Below, piece by piece: positions 1-9,872 of a stretch of DNA of 64,000 bases. Below the pieces are notes generated by a model. The model saw only the letters and a list, made by a program, of their open reading frames with translations, was not told the DNA's origin and ran no database searches. How positions within the stretch are numbered: the stretch's first letter is position 1; each line of letters begins with the position of its first letter. The stretch is from Bacteroidota bacterium. GTDB lineage: Bacteria; Bacteroidota; Bacteroidia; Sphingobacteriales; Sphingobacteriaceae. The position numbers and the translations under genes were made by a program. The stretch covers positions 86,324 through 150,323 of the forward strand of contig JAZJZL010000157.1 of assembly GCA_040389845.1 (NCBI GenBank), in the 5' to 3' direction.

Positions 1-3000
1 TGCTTTCTGACTTATTGTAGTGGGTAGCGTATAACCTAGTTCAGCAGTTTTAAGCCTTATATAGTTCATGTTTAGCAGCCAATAGGTGTTTCCCGATGAA
101 TAGTATTGATTGCCTCTATCGGTGATACGAGGGTCAACTGTGCTTGGGTTATCAACAGTCCATTGATGATCATAGGTATATTGCGGATAGTTGCCTATAG
201 TACCTGATTCATCCGGTCCCCATGCAAGTTGTGAGCCCATAGCCGCCTGGAATAAAACAGACAGATCGAAGTTTTTATATTGTGCGCCCAATGTTATACC
301 TCCCTGGAAAGTAGGCGTGCCGTTTTTATCAACCGTCACTTTGTCCAGTCCGTTAATTTTGCCGTCTCCATTCACATCTTTCAACATCATATCGCCCGGA
401 CGAAGGGTGCTTGCTCCAGCGCCGCTATAGTCAACTTTATTGGCATCGATTTGAGCCTGTGTTGAAAATATACCTGTGTATACATAGTATGTACCTGCTC
501 CGATTGGGTGCCCGGTTAATTGTTGGTATGCCGGTATATTGGGAATTTCGTTCCATACATCAATCTTGTTTTTTGCATAGCTGCCGGTAACACCTACGTT
601 ATACCGTACCTCGCCAATATTATCATGGTAATTTACCTGAAACTCCCATCCCCTGTTAGATACCTTTGCATAATTTACAGGAGGCAACAGGTTGCCCGGT
701 ATAGCAGTAGCAGGAACCGTTCCGTTTTGAGGGTATAAAATATTTGTACGCTTATTTAAAAAGGCCTCCAATGTGAAATCTAATTTTCCGTTTAAGGTAG
801 TACCTTCTAATGCAATATCGCTGTTATTGGCAACTTCCCATGTAAATTTAAGATTCGGCGCAGTGCCTTCATATAATGTTTGTACCGGCACGCCGCCAAT
901 TATATACGAACCAATGTTATATAAGGAAAGGAATGCGTATTCATTCAACGCGCCATTTGCAGGGTTAATTATATTGTCGTTACCTGTTTGGCCCCATGAA
1001 CCGCGAAGCTTTAAATTTTGAATGAACGGTACATTGCCTTTAAACCAGTTCTCTTCCGAAATTCTCCAACCTGCAGAAATGCCGGGGAAAAAGCCAAAGC
1101 GACGGTTTTCCGGGAAGATATACGAACCGTCAACCCTCCATAAAAACTCGAGGAGGTACTTGTCTTTATAGTTATAGTCAGCCCTGCCGAAGTAGCTTAA
1201 ACGGGCTCTTTGCCATTCAGTGCCATAGTTACCAATCTCCTGGCTTCCGCCTGCACTTAACTCATCTATAGCAACTGAATTATAATATTTACGGTTGGCG
1301 CCGAAGTTAGCATCATTTGATATTTCTTTGTTTAAGCCCGCTTGTATAACAATGCTGTGGTTGCCGAAACTGTGGTTATAAGATACAATAGCGTCGAGCA
1401 AGCTGCTGAAAAGGTTATCAGAGCCCTGGCTAAGATTTGCCTGGGCCGGGCCGCGGGCTACCTTGGTTAGCACAGGGGTTTTGCCATCAGCCTGGTAATG
1501 TACATAGTCCCAGCTGTACACATACCACGGTATTTGCCAGGCTTTTGTTAACTCCATATTTCTATTTAGCGACACGTCTCCGGTAACTTTCAAGCCTTCA
1601 ATACCCGGTACGTTTATCTCGAGTTTTCCGAGGGTATTCATTACGTAGTGGTTGTCATGATTGTACCCGGTTTTGTCAGTAGTGATGAGCACCGGCTGCT
1701 GGCCGTTTTCAATATCCGGCCCTGGTAAACCATTTGGCCAATAAGCCGGCTTGGTCGGATAACCACGCACCAGCATCCTGAATATATCGCCCGCGCCGCC
1801 ACCGTCGGGGAAGGAACGGTTTTCCTGGCGTCCCGATACGCTAACTGATGCGTTTATATATTTGTTGATCCTTGCATCAAGGTTGGTACGAAAATCGTAT
1901 TGCTTATAATTGGTAGCTGAATTTTTATAATATGCGTCCTGGAACGTGTAGCCAATAGAGGTAAAGTACTTTACATTATCAGTACCGCCTGATAATTCTA
2001 TATTTTGGCGGGATTGACCCGTCCAGGTTTTTAAAGTTTCTTTGAACCAATCGGTATTAGGATGTCCCCAGGGGTCAGAGCCATCCGCATATTTTTGAAT
2101 GTCAGACGGCGAAAATGTAGCTTTGGTAACAGCACCATTGTCGGGGTTTGTAAAGCTTCCTGTTGCTTTAAACGCTTTAGAAGCAGCACTCCAGTATTTC
2201 GGATCCAGGCCATACAGGTCAAGCTCATCTTGTAAAGTAGCATATTCTGTTGCATTAGTCATCTTAGGAATAACCGTTGGCTGGCTCCATCCGTGGTTAT
2301 AGGTATACGAAATTTGAGGCTTGCCGGTTTTACCGCGCTTTGTGGTAACCAGGATAACACCGTTAGCCGCCCGTGAACCATAAATAGCTGCAGAGGCATC
2401 TTTCAGAACGGAGATACTTTCAACATCTGCCGGGTTTATACGGTCGATGGAGGTTTGGCCGGCAGGCGACGGAACCCCGTCGATTACCAATAACGGGTCA
2501 TTATTACCCAGGGTATTGTTACCACGGATGCGAATAATTGCGCCGTCATAACCGGGTTCGCCGCCTGTATTAACAGCAGTAACACCCGCCATACGTCCGG
2601 CTATTGAATTAGACAAGTTAGTTACAGGCGATTTTTTCAAGTCATCGCCTTTAACTGTTACTACGGCGCCGGTAACGGTGGCTTTCTTTTGTACACCGTA
2701 ACCTACAACCACAACTTCGTTAAGCCCTTTGGATGACGACTGTAGTTTAATATTAAGCGTGGTTTGGCCGTTAACCGGCACCTCTAATGTATTATAGCCA
2801 ATGTACGATACCACTAATATGGCGTTATCGGGCGCGGTAATTGCGAAACTACCGTTTACGTCGGTTAGGGTACCGTTATTGGTATCTTTAATTTTTACTG
2901 ACACACCAATAAGGGTTTCGCCGGTGGCCTGGTCAGTTACTTTTCCTTTAATGTTTATCGGCGCGACGATGGTTTTATGATAACCGGAGGCGCTTTTGGC

Positions 3001-3135
3001 AGGCGTCAATAATTTAGGGCTGCTGCCTGCTGCATTCGCACTATCGGTAAGCAGCAAAAATACCGGAAGGAAACCCGATATTATCTTTGAGCTTTTTAAT
3101 AGAATGCGCGCTTGTTTAGATAAAAAATGTTGCAT
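1..3135 (-). CDS. susC: SusC/RagA family TonB-dependent outer membrane transporter (3' end runs off the window)
   Basis: Translated by hand from ATG at 3135 (MQHFLSKQ...). Contains the carboxypeptidase-like domain (IKGKVTDQATGETLIGVSV), the plug motif LNEVVVVGYG and the SusC signature DVESISVLKDASAAIYGSRAANGVILVTTKRG. The same frame reads YWLLNMNYIRLKTAELGYTLP at the window edge. Absent from the ORF track because no stop lies in the window. Confidence 0.95.
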   Translation of the reverse strand, partial: MQHFLSKQARILLKSSKIISGFLPVFLLLTDSANAAGSSPKLLTPAKSASGYHKTIVAPINIKGKVTDQATGETLIGVSVKIKDTNNGTLTDVNGSFAITAPDNAILVVSYIGYNTLEVPVNGQTTLNIKLQSSSKGLNEVVVVGYGVQKKATVTGAVVTVKGDDLKKSPVTNLSNSIAGRMAGVTAVNTGGEPGYDGAIIRIRGNNTLGNNDPLLVIDGVPSPAGQTSIDRINPADVESISVLKDASAAIYGSRAANGVILVTTKRGKTGKPQISYTYNHGWSQPTVIPKMTNATEYATLQDELDLYGLDPKYWSAASKAFKATGSFTNPDNGAVTKATFSPSDIQKYADGSDPWGHPNTDWFKETLKTWTGQSRQNIELSGGTDNVKYFTSIGYTFQDAYYKNSATNYKQYDFRTNLDARINKYINASVSVSGRQENRSFPDGGGAGDIFRMLVRGYPTKPAYWPNGLPGPDIENGQQPVLITTDKTGYNHDNHYVMNTLGKLEINVPGIEGLKVTGDVSLNRNMELTKAWQIPWYVYSWDYVHYQADGKTPVLTKVARGPAQANLSQGSDNLFSSLLDAIVSYNHSFGNHSIVIQAGLNKEISNDANFGANRKYYNSVAIDELSAGGSQEIGNYGTEWQRARLSYFGRADYNYKDKYLLEFLWRVDGSYIFPENRRFGFFPGISAGWRISEENWFKGNVPFIQNLKLRGSWGQTGNDNIINPANGALNEYAFLSLYNIGSYIIGGVPVQTLYEGTAPNLKFTWEVANNSDIALEGTTLNGKLDFTLEAFLNKRTNILYPQNGTVPATAIPGNLLPPVNYAKVSNRGWEFQVNYHDNIGEVRYNVGVTGSYAKNKIDVWNEIPNIPAYQQLTGHPIGAGTYYVYTGIFSTQAQIDANKVDYSGAGASTLRPGDMMLKDVNGDGKINGLDKVTVDKNGTPTFQGGITLGAQYKNFDLSVLFQAAMGSQLAWGPDESGTIGNYPQYTYDHQWTVDNPSTVDPRITDRGNQYYSSGNTYWLLNMNYIRLKTAELGYTLPTTISQKA

Positions 3136-3460
3136 AGTTGATTTTTTGAGATAAGAAAATTGATAGATTCTAATTCGCGGCAATTACATAATCGCCATAC
3201 AATCACTTTCAGGGTTAAGGGCAGTTTTTTTCTTCCATTCTTAGTGTTTTTAGGTTAATAATTAATTGGTTTATATAAATTGTATTGGTATTTGCTGCCT
3301 GGCCTTGTTTATAACCGTATAAATTACATTTAAAACTAAATTGCTTATTTTTCATGCCCGTGTTTATTACCAACCGCGCTTGGAACTAGCTTAAATTAAA
3401 AAATGTAAAAGATACAGGTATTATTGGCAACGCTAATCTGGCGATAATAGCGAATTAAAA

Positions 3461-3513
3461 GGGGGGGGTAAATCGTAATTATAGGGGGGGTATTTAATAA
3501 TTTAGGCGGGATA
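3461..3513 (-). promoter_or_regulatory. Candidate HTCS operator: direct repeats (TACCCCCCC on minus strand) at 21-22 bp spacing upstream of susC
   Basis: gggggggta ends at 3470 and 3492, and a degenerate ggcgggata ends at 3513. Two-helical-turn direct repeats fit AraC/HTCS binding sites. Confidence 0.45.
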
Positions 3514-3530
3514 AACGATGTTTTGATTAA

Positions 3531-3555
3531 AAAAAGCCGATTTGCCTACGGCTTT
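3531..3555 (-). terminator. Likely intrinsic terminator of the HTCS gene
   Basis: On the minus strand AAAGCCG...CGGCTTTTTTT forms a hairpin with a T tract and overlaps the HTCS stop codon. Confidence 0.55.
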
Positions 3556-6500
3556 GTAACAAAACGCTTACTCACAGGGTTGAATTGGCTCTTGTGTTTC
3601 TTTATGTATTCCGATGGGTTTACGCCAAACAGCTTACTGAATTGTTCCCTGAAATATTTGGCATTGTTTATGCCCACCCTGTAAGCGGCTTCGGCCACTG
3701 TAAAATCAGAATTCAACATTAGCTCTGCAGCTTTACGCAGCCTGATATACCTGATAAATTCATTGGCCGAACCGCCTGAGATAGCTTTAATTTTCTTATA
3801 AAGATTGGAATGGCTCATGCCTATTTCGTCAGACAGGTTTTTAATGCTGAATTGTTCGTCTTCCAAATGGGTTTCAACAATAGCAATGCACTTCTCCAAA
3901 AACTCTTTGTATTCAGATGGTATTTTAAGCCCGTTTGATTTTAAGGTGATAGCGTTATAAAAAAACTGATGCAGGTTTTCGCGGCTTTTAATCAGGCCAT
4001 TAACCCTGGCCACCAATACCTCCTTGTCAAACGGCTTGGTAACATAATCGTCGGCGCCGCATTCTATACCCTTCAGCTTTATTTCGGGTAGTGCATTTGC
4101 AGTTAATAATATAAACGGAATATGGCTTAAAGCCGGTTCCTTTTTCACACGGGCGCAAAGGTCAATTCCGCTGAGGCCGTTCATCATCACATCACTTATA
4201 ATTAAACCGGGCATCAGCTTGCAAATCATGGTATAACCATCGTTAGCATTATCTGCCTCAAAAACATCGTAATCATCTCTGAATATTTGCGATATGTACT
4301 GCCGCACCTGGTGATTATCTTCAATCACCAGCAAAACTTTTTTGGGGCTCACCAGTGCATTGTAAGCATCGGCCGGTGCATGGTTTAAACTTTCGCTTTC
4401 GGTAGCCAGCTCTTCGTCCTCCATCAGCTCATCCAAAAATACTGATGGTTCCGCAGTGTCTTCAAAAATTAATGTATTGCCAAAATGTTTTTTGCCTTTT
4501 AACAGCGTAACACTAAAGGTACTGCCGTTTGCTTCTTCGCTTTCATAGCTTATGCTACCCTGGTGACTATCGATAAATGTTTTAACCAGGTAAAGGCCGA
4601 TACCAAACCCGCCACTGTGCGACTGGCTGATATTCTGTATCTGGAAGAACCGGTCAAAAAGCTTTTCGCCTATCTCTTTGCTTATGCCGTAACCCGAATC
4701 GTTTACACGGATGGTCACGTTGTCGCCACTCTCCGTAATAACGCAACTTACTTTACCGTTATCGGGCGTAAACTTTATCGCGTTTGAAATGAGGTTGAAA
4801 AACACGATTTCCATTTTTTCGCGGTCGGCATAAACCTCTATTTCTTCAGTTGCGCTAATAAAATCAATTTGCAAATTTTTCGCTTTAGTCTGGTAATCAA
4901 AGTATAAGGTTACATCGCGGCACAAGTCGACAATATTCAATTTTACAATGGTGAGCTTATCTCCACCGCTATCTGCCTTTCTGAAGAGCAACAGCTGGTC
5001 GGTAAGGCTTAGTAAACGTTTTGCGTTGCGATAAACTACTTTCAGTGCATTGGTATCATTGCTATTATCCCCCTGTCCGGCCAGCATTTCCTTAAGCGGG
5101 CTTATAATTAAAGTCAGCGGCGTGCGGTATTCGTGCGAGATATTAGTAAAAAAAGAAAGCTTTTTCTCGTTCAATTCTTTTTCCTGTTCAGCAGTTATAT
5201 GTGCCAGCTTAATATCATACTTAAGTTTTGCCTGGTTGTTTTTATAACGCAGGTAATAATAAACCAACGCTACGGCACATAACACGTAAAGCGTCCATGC
5301 ATACCATGTTTTATACCAGGGCGGCAAAATCCGGATGTTAATGGAGGCATAATCGTCAAACCATACGCCATCCTGGTTAGATGCTTTTACCCTAAACACA
5401 TAAGTGCCTGGCTCCAGGTAACGGTATGTAGCCGACTTTTGTGTTTTAACATAGTTCCACCCTTTATCCAAACCTACCAGGCGATAGGCAAATTCGCTTT
5501 TGTCGGAATATGCATAATTTAATGCTACATACTGAACGGAAAATACGGATTGGTCCGGCTTCAGTGTAATTTCTTCGGCCTTGTTAATCGTAGTACTTAG
5601 GATATGGTCTTTTTCACCAACTTCTACATCTTTATTAAACAATTGCAGCCCGGTAATTATCACCTTAGGTTTAAACGCGCTTCGTTTTACATCGTCGGGA
5701 AAGAAAATATTATAGCCTTCGGTGCCTGCAAAACACATGAAGTTGTCTTTAGCGCTATACATAGATGCGCCGGGGCTAAAGTGGCCTGCCTGCAAGCCAT
5801 TGGAAACATCGTAGTTTAAAATGTCCCCGGTTTTGCTTTCAATTTTTGCTAAGCCCTTATTGGTGCTTACCCATATATTTCTTTTCCCATCCTGTTCGAT
5901 AGAGTTTATGGTGTTATTGGCCAAGCCATCACTTTCCATAAATCTTTTTATGCTTCTATCGCTCAAATCATAGCTAATAAGGCCATTGCTTTCGGTGCCT
6001 ATCAGTAGTTTATTTCCGAAACATTTGAGCGAATGGATAACCCTGCTGGGCAAAAACTCTGCAAGCTGGCTTTCGCTAAAGCAACTGGAGAATTTATTAC
6101 GCTGTTTATCATAGCATAGTAAGCCGTCGCCATAGGTACCTATATAGATAGTGCCTTTACTGTCCTGGCATATTGCCCGGATATTGTTATCTGGTAAAGC
6201 GTGGTTAAATGTAGAGTAGCTGATGAACTTATTGCTATTTTTTGGCAGCTTACTTAGCCCGCCATTGTTGGTGCCAAACCACATGTTACCGTCCGAATCT
6301 TCAAATATGGTCCGCACATCATTGCCGCAAAGGCTTGCCGGGTCCCATGCGCTATGCATGTAGTTGCTAAAGCTACCGGTCTTTTTATTGAATTTAAATA
6401 TGCCGTTTATGTACGATCCAAACCACAAATCATTATTGCGCGATTTGTACGCGCACAAAATAGCCACATTTTTTAAAGGTGCATCGGGTGCATCGGCAAA

Positions 6501-7700
6501 GTAATGCTGAACAACATCGCCGTTAAGTTTCTTTTTATATAGCCCATCTCCATCGGTTCCAAGCCATAAATAACCCTCGTCATCCATGCACATACCGTAA
6601 TACCGCAGGTAGCCGGTGCTGTTGGCAAACCGCAGCTTGTTTTGAAATTTTTTAAATTTCCCCGGTACGTTACCTAATAAATATACACCATCGCCGTAAG
6701 TTCCGGCCCATACATTTTTATCCTTATCCATGTATAGCCTGAATACTGTACGTTCAGTAACGGTAAAATTATCTTCCGTCTTTACCGCCTGGATGGTTAT
6801 ATTTTTATAATCAGCCGCCTTGGTTTTTTGCAGGTCGAGCCGGTAAAGGCCGCCGTCCTGCAGTCCGATAAGCAGGTTGTGGTTATTATCCTGCAGCAGC
6901 GACGAAAAATTATTGCTGCGCATCTGGTAAGCAGGGCCGTTGAAAACAACAATTTGGTTTTGCGCCCTCTTATAAACCGCCATGCCGATGTTTGTGGCAA
7001 ACCAAATGTTTGAATATTCGTCTTCTACAATAGCATTCACCCTGCCGGCCGGAACATGGTTAACAGGAATTTTATCATTGAGGCTTTTTTTAACCTGTCC
7101 GTCAACCGTATTAAAAACAGACATGGTTGTTTCTGCCCCCACCCACAATAATCCTTTTGAATCCTGAAATGTAAAAGTTGCCGAGTTGGGTATGGCCGGC
7201 GATATGTGTTTCAGGTTGAAATTTTGAAAGCTGCCAGTCTTTTTATTATAGGAGAACACGCCGTTTGTATAGGTTGAAAACCAAACGATATTTTTTACGG
7301 ACGTAATGGTGGTCAAGTCGTTTACCGATATGCTGGCCCCCGGCTTAAACTTTATATATTTTTCGGTATTGGTGTCAAACTGGAAAATCCCCTGCCGTGT
7401 CGACAACCAGATGGCACCCTCGGTATCCTTGTACATAAAGTCGATATAATTGCTGGGCAGGCTATTGGGATTGGCGGTATTATGTTTGAAAACTTTGAAG
7501 TTTATGCCATCAAACCTGTTCAGGCCGTCTTCGGTAGAAAGCCAGATGAAACCATTGTCGTCCTGCACAATACCCGTTACAAAACCATAGGAGAGGCCGT
7601 CTTTAGAAGAATATTTTACAATTTTCCTGTCGTACGATTGCTGCGCACAAGCAATTGCACCATAAATTATACAGAGTATAACTAAGCAGGCTTTTTTCAT
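3546..7700 (-). CDS. Hybrid two-component system sensor kinase/response regulator (beta-propeller, Y_Y_Y, HisKA, HATPase, REC, AraC HTH)
   Basis: Signal peptide, Reg_prop repeats (QDDNGFIWLSTEDGLNRFDG), Y_Y_Y (ATYRYLEPGTYVFRVKASNQDGVW), TM helix, H-box FFTNISHEYRTPLTLI, G-box GGFGIGL, REC ISDVMM and C-terminal AraC HTH. Confidence 0.97.
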   Translation of the reverse strand: MKKACLVILCIIYGAIACAQQSYDRKIVKYSSKDGLSYGFVTGIVQDDNGFIWLSTEDGLNRFDGINFKVFKHNTANPNSLPSNYIDFMYKDTEGAIWLSTRQGIFQFDTNTEKYIKFKPGASISVNDLTTITSVKNIVWFSTYTNGVFSYNKKTGSFQNFNLKHISPAIPNSATFTFQDSKGLLWVGAETTMSVFNTVDGQVKKSLNDKIPVNHVPAGRVNAIVEDEYSNIWFATNIGMAVYKRAQNQIVVFNGPAYQMRSNNFSSLLQDNNHNLLIGLQDGGLYRLDLQKTKAADYKNITIQAVKTEDNFTVTERTVFRLYMDKDKNVWAGTYGDGVYLLGNVPGKFKKFQNKLRFANSTGYLRYYGMCMDDEGYLWLGTDGDGLYKKKLNGDVVQHYFADAPDAPLKNVAILCAYKSRNNDLWFGSYINGIFKFNKKTGSFSNYMHSAWDPASLCGNDVRTIFEDSDGNMWFGTNNGGLSKLPKNSNKFISYSTFNHALPDNNIRAICQDSKGTIYIGTYGDGLLCYDKQRNKFSSCFSESQLAEFLPSRVIHSLKCFGNKLLIGTESNGLISYDLSDRSIKRFMESDGLANNTINSIEQDGKRNIWVSTNKGLAKIESKTGDILNYDVSNGLQAGHFSPGASMYSAKDNFMCFAGTEGYNIFFPDDVKRSAFKPKVIITGLQLFNKDVEVGEKDHILSTTINKAEEITLKPDQSVFSVQYVALNYAYSDKSEFAYRLVGLDKGWNYVKTQKSATYRYLEPGTYVFRVKASNQDGVWFDDYASINIRILPPWYKTWYAWTLYVLCAVALVYYYLRYKNNQAKLKYDIKLAHITAEQEKELNEKKLSFFTNISHEYRTPLTLIISPLKEMLAGQGDNSNDTNALKVVYRNAKRLLSLTDQLLLFRKADSGGDKLTIVKLNIVDLCRDVTLYFDYQTKAKNLQIDFISATEEIEVYADREKMEIVFFNLISNAIKFTPDNGKVSCVITESGDNVTIRVNDSGYGISKEIGEKLFDRFFQIQNISQSHSGGFGIGLYLVKTFIDSHQGSISYESEEANGSTFSVTLLKGKKHFGNTLIFEDTAEPSVFLDELMEDEELATESESLNHAPADAYNALVSPKKVLLVIEDNHQVRQYISQIFRDDYDVFEADNANDGYTMICKLMPGLIISDVMMNGLSGIDLCARVKKEPALSHIPFILLTANALPEIKLKGIECGADDYVTKPFDKEVLVARVNGLIKSRENLHQFFYNAITLKSNGLKIPSEYKEFLEKCIAIVETHLEDEQFSIKNLSDEIGMSHSNLYKKIKAISGGSANEFIRYIRLRKAAELMLNSDFTVAEAAYRVGINNAKYFREQFSKLFGVNPSEYIKKHKSQFNPVSKRFVTKP

Positions 7701-8011
7701 AAAATTAGTTAATTGGCAGGGTTAGTGTTTTCACATCACCTAAATCAAAACTAATAATTAAATTATCTTAACATTCCAGAAACTGTTATTTTTTTTATGA
7801 TTGGTATTAAATGCGCTGATTTCGTGAGGGATAGATTGCGGGGCGGGAGTGATATTATATTTTATTTTTTGAGGACATCCCAGCGTATCGAAAAGTTAAG
7901 GTAAGTGCTGAGAACTATGCCATTCGGATAACAAGCCGCATTATTTTTTTAGTTGTAAAAGTGTTATTTTGTTGATTGTTAGATAGTTGTAAATGGTAAA
8001 AACATGAAATA

Positions 8012-8295
8012 TCTGATAGTCAATGTATTGCAAAGTGTTCGAGGTGTTCCGTGCGGAAAAACCGAACGGAACACTTGTCGCCAAATTAGGGGGTTTACAG
8101 GTGTAAACCCCTTTTATTTTATAATAGCCTCATTGTTAAATAATTAATGCCAACCAGGGTGTACGGTGTAAACCCGTGTGTAAACTCAGAAGGAAATTGC
8201 TGACTATCAGTATGTTGTAAAACATTAAAAATGCATATTTCTGATAATCAGTATATTACAAAATGTTCGGGGTGTTCCGTGCAGAAAAACTGAAC
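8012..8295. repeat. Duplicated 56-nt element (8012-8067, 8240-8295) flanking palindromes and GTGTAAAC repeats
   Basis: The two copies match at 48 of 56 positions. Palindrome GGGGTTTACA-GG-TGTAAACCCC at 8090-8111. Inverted repeat GTGTTCCGT/ACGGAACAC at 8044-8074. Confidence 0.85.
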
Positions 8296-8297
8296 AC

Positions 8298-9830
8298 TTA
8301 CAATTCACCGATGAACCATTTTTCGGTTGCATGCCTTAACCTGGTGTAATCTGCATTGTTATCAGCAACCCATGCTATAATACCATCAGGACGTACCAGT
8401 ACAGCGTTTAAACCCAATTGGTCCTTCGCGGCGCCGGAGATATAATCGATTTGACTGCCATACTCACCAGCTAAAGCTTTGAGTGACGAATTCGTGTCAA
8501 AATCAAGCAGCAGGCCGCGGCCATGCTGCATTAACTCACCAATTCTGCTTCCGTTTTCAAGCTCGAAATCCGGAACGCTGCGGCCAATAAGCGGATGCAC
8601 GCCGCCTAAATTGTACCGGGTGTTGATGCCCCAAACCCTGCCGGCAATATAAGTGGCGCCGTCCCGGGTATTGATGAGGTCTTTCACAACAGCATACAGC
8701 GCGCGGGCATGGGGCCTTGTCCCCATAAGCTCCACCTGCGCACGCGACCAATCCAACACTTGTTCGCCAATTGGATGGCGCTCGGCATAATAGCTGTCCA
8801 GCAATCCTTCCGGCGCTTTGCCGTGTATTGTTGCAGCGAGCTTCCAGCCCAGGTTCATGGCGTCGCCCAGCCCAAGGTTAAGCCCTTGCCCGCCCAGCGG
8901 CGAATGGATATGTGCAGCGTCACCCGCTAATAATACGCGTCCGTTGCGGTAGGTGGTTGCCTGCCGGGCGCGGTCGGTCCAGGTGGTTGCGGTGTGTAAG
9001 ACACCTATGGTAACCTCGGTGCCCGACACAAGGCGCAACACCTCTTGCACATGCTCAAGTGTTAAAGGTTGGTCTGAACTGTGGAATGTACCGCCGTCAA
9101 AGTCCTGTATCATTACGTATCCAGGCTGCGATTGCATGTACATGCCGGTTGGTGTAACGTTACGGCCGGGTTTAAGCTTTTCGGGGTCGGCAATATCAAT
9201 TCGGGTTGTGTAGCCGGTAAACTCGGGCTCCGTTCCGGCGAATTCAAAACCGCCCAGCTTGCGCACCACGCTGCGTGCGCCATCACAGCCTACCAGCCAT
9301 TTGGCTGTAAACGATTGGTCGCCCGATTGAACGGTTACTTCATCCGCAGTTTGACGGAACCCGGTAACGGCAACTCCACGCTTTATTTTCACGCCAAGCG
9401 AATCAGCCCGGCGGGTGAATACCGTTTCCATCTCCTGTATTTCTGAAATTAAGCTGGTATCGGGAGAGCCGGGCAGACGATATTCCCATTGGGAAGTATC
9501 AACATCCCCCTCGTGAAACGGGATTCCGGCAAAATGCCCAACCTGCCGCCGGGGGCCTTGTGTGACGGCTGTTTTGTGCGGATTTTTAAGTTGTTTGTGT
9601 ATCTCCAGCCCGCTAAGTAAGTTGCGGCGGTAAAGCGCTTCGATAGTAGGGGCGGAGAGACCACGTATACCGAAAGGGAGCTGTTTTAATGGCGAATGCG
9701 CATCCTCCGCCTTTTCGAGCATTAATACAGAACATTTGGCGAGGGCGAGTTCGCAGGCCAGGAATAGCCCTACAGGGCCAGCGCCAGAAATGATAACATC
9801 ATATGTAGATTGATTTTGTGTAGCTTTCAT
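8298..9830 (-). CDS. FAD-dependent aromatic monooxygenase (FAD_binding_3; PgaE/Rox/PheA-like)
   Basis: GAGPVG dinucleotide motif, GCDGARS, LAGDAAHIHSPLGGQGLNLG and a C-terminal thioredoxin-like domain (LVRPDGIIAW). Confidence 0.9.
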   Translation of the reverse strand: MKATQNQSTYDVIISGAGPVGLFLACELALAKCSVLMLEKAEDAHSPLKQLPFGIRGLSAPTIEALYRRNLLSGLEIHKQLKNPHKTAVTQGPRRQVGHFAGIPFHEGDVDTSQWEYRLPGSPDTSLISEIQEMETVFTRRADSLGVKIKRGVAVTGFRQTADEVTVQSGDQSFTAKWLVGCDGARSVVRKLGGFEFAGTEPEFTGYTTRIDIADPEKLKPGRNVTPTGMYMQSQPGYVMIQDFDGGTFHSSDQPLTLEHVQEVLRLVSGTEVTIGVLHTATTWTDRARQATTYRNGRVLLAGDAAHIHSPLGGQGLNLGLGDAMNLGWKLAATIHGKAPEGLLDSYYAERHPIGEQVLDWSRAQVELMGTRPHARALYAVVKDLINTRDGATYIAGRVWGINTRYNLGGVHPLIGRSVPDFELENGSRIGELMQHGRGLLLDFDTNSSLKALAGEYGSQIDYISGAAKDQLGLNAVLVRPDGIIAWVADNNADYTRLRHATEKWFIGEL

Positions 9831-9872
9831 GTTATTAAGTTTGAAAGCACAAAATTGAGGAAAGCGCCAGTG

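Noticed and set aside
191-2302. Short ORFs in the track between 191 and 2302
   Set aside because: They are antisense or off-frame shadows of the SusC gene that occupies 1-3135.
3215-3238. Mini-ORF MEEKNCP upstream of susC as a leader peptide
   Set aside because: Seven codons is within chance expectation, and I saw no attenuator structure.
8298-9830. Calling the monooxygenase tetX or rox
   Set aside because: At 510 aa with a C-terminal thioredoxin-like domain it does not fit TetX. Similarity to Rox is family-level only.
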